From Aplysia californica (lineage: Eukaryota), in contig NW_004797293.1 of NCBI RefSeq assembly GCF_000002075.1, forward strand, positions 1,067,942 to 1,131,724: DNA of 63,783 nt, written 5' to 3'. The notes under the pieces were generated by a model. It saw only the letters and a list, made by a program, of their open reading frames with translations. It made no database searches and had not been told where the DNA came from. The stretch's first letter is position 1. Each line of letters starts with the position of its first letter. Of the stretch, positions 60,414 through 63,783 are shown piece by piece. The position numbers and the translations under genes are program-made.

Positions 60414-61730
60414 TCTTTTCGTCTATGCAGACGGTCAATTTAGCTTAAGATGGTCTCAAGGTTGTCTTCATGCAGCTTCTTTCACGGCTAATTCTTCCTA
60501 TGTTTGAAGCGCAGATTCTGTCGCAGTGCTTGCATGTCTTTGGTGTAGATCGAAGCTTGGTATTTCCTCTGTTTTCCTTTCGTCGTAGGCGCTTCTAAGC
60601 CTGGTTGTTTCTAAGGCTGCTCTCTAGCATTATAGTTCTTTCCTTTAACATATTCCTCCATGTTTTCCTGTCCTATTTCTTCCCAGATGCTAACATTCCT
60701 CTCCAAGCTTAGATAGGCTGTTTTTGCAGGTGTCTTTGTACCTCAATTTTGGTCTTCCTCTTGGTTTTTTTTTCCCATGGCAAGTTCTCCATAGAGAAGT
60801 TGCTTCGGAATCCGGTTGTCGTCCATTCTCTTGACATGGCCCAGCCATCTCAATCTTTTTAAATACAGGATAATTGTCATGTTCTGGAGGTTTGCCCGTG
60901 CCAACACTTCTACATTTGCAACCTTGTCACGCCACGAAATGCCTAAGACCTTACGGCAGCATTTGAGATGGAAAATGCCGAGGCGCTTTTCTTGTTTGCT
61001 GTACAAGGTCCAAGTTTCAGATCCATAAAGGAGTGTGCTGAGGAAACTGGCTTCGTAAATATTTGATCTTTGTTTTGATGGTTAATCTTTTGTTTTCCCA
61101 AGCTCGTTTTGTCAGCCTTCCAAAAGTTGTTTCTGCTTTCCCTATCCTGATGTTGATCTCATAATCAAATAATGTAGTAGAGCTGGTGGTAGACCCCAGG
61201 TGGCAGAGCTTATCCCCTGTCTCAAGTTCCTTGTCGTTCAGCCATATATGGCCTTGCTCTGCACCTTCTTGGGTAAGGATGGCTGTTTTCTTAACACTGA
61301 TGACCAAGCTAAAGACCTTGCATGCTGTTGATAGTCAATGATGGGCGGTCCATCATTTTTTGTAGGGTTGATTCACTGTGAGCAACAAGAGCAGCATCAT
61401 CGGCGAAGAGAAAGTCTCGTACAGTTGCCATGTTGATCCTGGTCTTGGCCTTCAGTCGAGCAAGATTGAAGAGCAACCTAACAGTTCTCCAATGGAGGAA
61501 GACATCCCCTGGTGACTCTTTGAATGCGTGTTGCAGTAAGACAGCAACTGAGACACAACCTTGCTTTACTCCGCTATTGATGTTGAAGCTGTTTGATGTT
61601 CAACCGTCAAACTGAATGGTAGCCTTCATATCTTCGTGGAATGAGATGATGAGCTGTAGCGGGATTGGGGGACAGTCAATTTTTCCAAGCACCATGGAGA
61701 GTCTTGATCTACTGACTGTATCAAAAACTG
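60411..61730 (-). mobile_element. 5'-truncated, frameshifted RTE-clade LINE (reverse transcriptase remnant)
   Basis: AVFDTVSR..LGKIDCP, GVKQGCV, RDFLFADDAALVA, YEINIRIGKAETTFGRL, LRWLGHVKRMDDNRIPKQLLYGEL. Confidence 0.9.
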
Positions 61731-61939
61731 CGTAAATAACTGTTCTGTAATGAAAGTGACGTAAAACAAATTTGATACTCACACCCGCAATATTCACTAC
61801 CGTTTTTTTTCTATCCCGTGTCCTGATTTAGTGCGGTTATTTGTAAGTTGCAAAGGAGAGGTGTCAATATATTGTAGGCTCAAGTAGTTGTTATTCTTCG
61901 AGAAATACAAAACAAAATAGAAAACATGGAAATTGTTTG

Positions 61940-61940
61940 C

Positions 61941-61996
<56 letters not shown>

Positions 61997-62072
61997 GATG
62001 ACGGTGTATTTCACATCATTTGTAGCAATTTGATAACTACGATCCTACGGTCAGTAAAACAGCTGATCATTG

Positions 62073-62134
<62 letters not shown>

Positions 62135-62139
62135 AACAA
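61940..62139. repeat. (GAT)n and (AAC)n microsatellites
   Basis: Direct inspection. Confidence 0.95.
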
Positions 62140-62459
62140 AATCGGATGGAGTTCCGCCGAGGGCCGGCCGACCAACAACACACAAAAGAAAGAACGAAAC
62201 AATTTTGGAAGATCAATTGAAAAAACCCCCAACCCTAACTCTAACCCTTACTCTTGTATAGTTTGCTCAGTGGACCTTGTCACGGTAAGTGCCGGCCTTT
62301 GTGGAACTTCTCCAAAACAAATCACCCCTCCAAAAAAATAAAAATAAATAAAAATAAAACCCTCAAACAAAACAAAACAAACCAAAAAACAACCCTCCCC
62401 CCAAAACTACCCACCCCACCAACCAAACAAACCAAAACAAATTAACAAAATAGTGTTCA

Positions 62460-63010
62460 GTTTCTTTCAGGCACCGCTGCGTTCTACGTGCGTTGGTTTC
62501 ATCTCCCGCTGGTACTGAGTTTGATATCAAAGGACTAAATAATCATCCTAGGAATCCTGTTGTTCAGATGGAATTATAGAAAAGTAAAAGATTCTTTTTT
62601 ATCATAGATCTGCATTCTGTCGTAATCCCAGTTTACTATGGACAAAGATAGTACACAACAAAATGGTTCACTCAGCCAGAAAAGTGTCCGCGGAAGTCCG
62701 CGCCATGGCTCAGATGGCGCTGCAGTCTTTGTTTTGAAGCTCTCTTTCGTTTCTCCACAAGAAGAATAGAGGAAAAACACCTCCTTGCGTGCGCAGGCCG
62801 ACTGCTGTTCGTCAGCTGTTCGGGTTCGTTCAGTGCGGAGTTTTTGGGTCTAAAAAATTGTTAATGACCTCTTGCCTCTCTTTCTAAAGTCAAATCAAAG
62901 AGTTTACAGTAATACGGTCAAATTAAGCGAAGAAGACAGTCGCCTCCTCCTCTGGAAGAAGTTTTTTGACAGCGTAACAATTTTTTAAAAAGCGTTCTTC
63001 CGAAATTTGA
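62460..63010. promoter_or_regulatory. CpG-rich promoter-like segment of an unidentified gene
   Basis: CGGAAGT (ETS-like, ~62691), CAGATGGCGC (YY1/CTCF-like, ~62711), TGCGTGCGCA (NRF1-like, ~62786), high CpG density. Confidence 0.45.
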
Positions 63011-63783
63011 ATTTTTATTTATTCAAAAACTTGTTAGATCTAGTTTCACTTAGATTTTTTTCCACATAAGTAGGGTAACTGTGATCGCAAAGGGTGCGCA
63101 TTTGCGAAGAAGGTGCCACCGAATTTTGAGGACACTTGTTTTAATTGGCTCAAAGAGAGGAGTGAACCCTCTTGACTCTTGTTATGTAGACTCTTTGCTA
63201 TGGAGCATACCATTTGATTAAAAATGTGGAGCCAAAGAAAAGGCAAGGGGAAAAATACCAATTACAGCGAGACTGGTGTTACCCACTTCATTCGTTGGGA
63301 GGGGGGTGGGGGTGGGGGGGGGGGGGGTGTTAAAGATGTGCACACTTTGCAGCTAACTTTTTCCAGAGAGCAAAGAGTGTCGACCATCACAGAGCACGGC
63401 TTAAATGATTCAAGTCTCTGCTTGCATTAACAAATTGGACCCTCTTAAAGTAGAGAAACCAATGCAGGATTTACATTTAAAAAATGAAAAATTCTTATAT
63501 TTGGTCTTAAAAGCACTGCCGGCATTAGTTTGTGCTAACCAAATGGTAATTGTTGTTTTCTTTTCCCAAATGCTCTTTATGGAGAGCCTTTTGTTATTAT
63601 AGATAATGTCTTTAATAATCTTTTGAAAAAATTCGCAGGCAGATATCTGCCACAAACGTCCGTCAGAGCAAGAAAGGTGGGGATATTTTTCTTTTTAAAT
63701 TTCTTTTTCAGGGGAGGGGAAAAGGGTGATGGTGGTTGGGGGGGGGGGGAGCACAACATATCCGGAGCCCGTGAACTCCTTTT

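Overview
Intron-rich, AT-rich animal genomic DNA. The SINE types suggest a lophotrochozoan, probably a mollusc, but this is an inference. The ORF track misses almost all real coding sequence because the genes are spliced. Tracing GT-AG boundaries by hand gives four genes in two head-to-head pairs: (1) the 5' end of a secreted or membrane LDLa-domain gene (- strand, runs off the left edge); (2) a complete 4-exon Pin1 (+, 153 aa); (3) a complete ketohexokinase-like PfkB gene with 7 coding exons (-, 321 aa); (4) a complete 19-exon ANAPC5 (+, 771 aa). Introns and spacers are full of MITEs (TA-, TTAA- and 8-bp-TSD types, some nested), tRNA-derived Nin/Deu- and CORE-type SINEs, RTE and I-group LINE fragments, and microsatellites. 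The signals least explained by these features are: (a) clusters of the palindrome TCTAGA/AGATCT, plus TAGGCCTA and small perfect hairpins, concentrated just inside the first introns of the promoter pairs; (b) one ~50-nt stem-loop 3' tail shared by at least three unrelated retroelement bodies; (c) inverted retroelement pairs placed where they could form dsRNA at an ANAPC5 3' splice site and around exons 3-6; (d) CpG-rich unannotated sequence at 59-63 kb. No prokaryote-type system (CRISPR, operon) is present.
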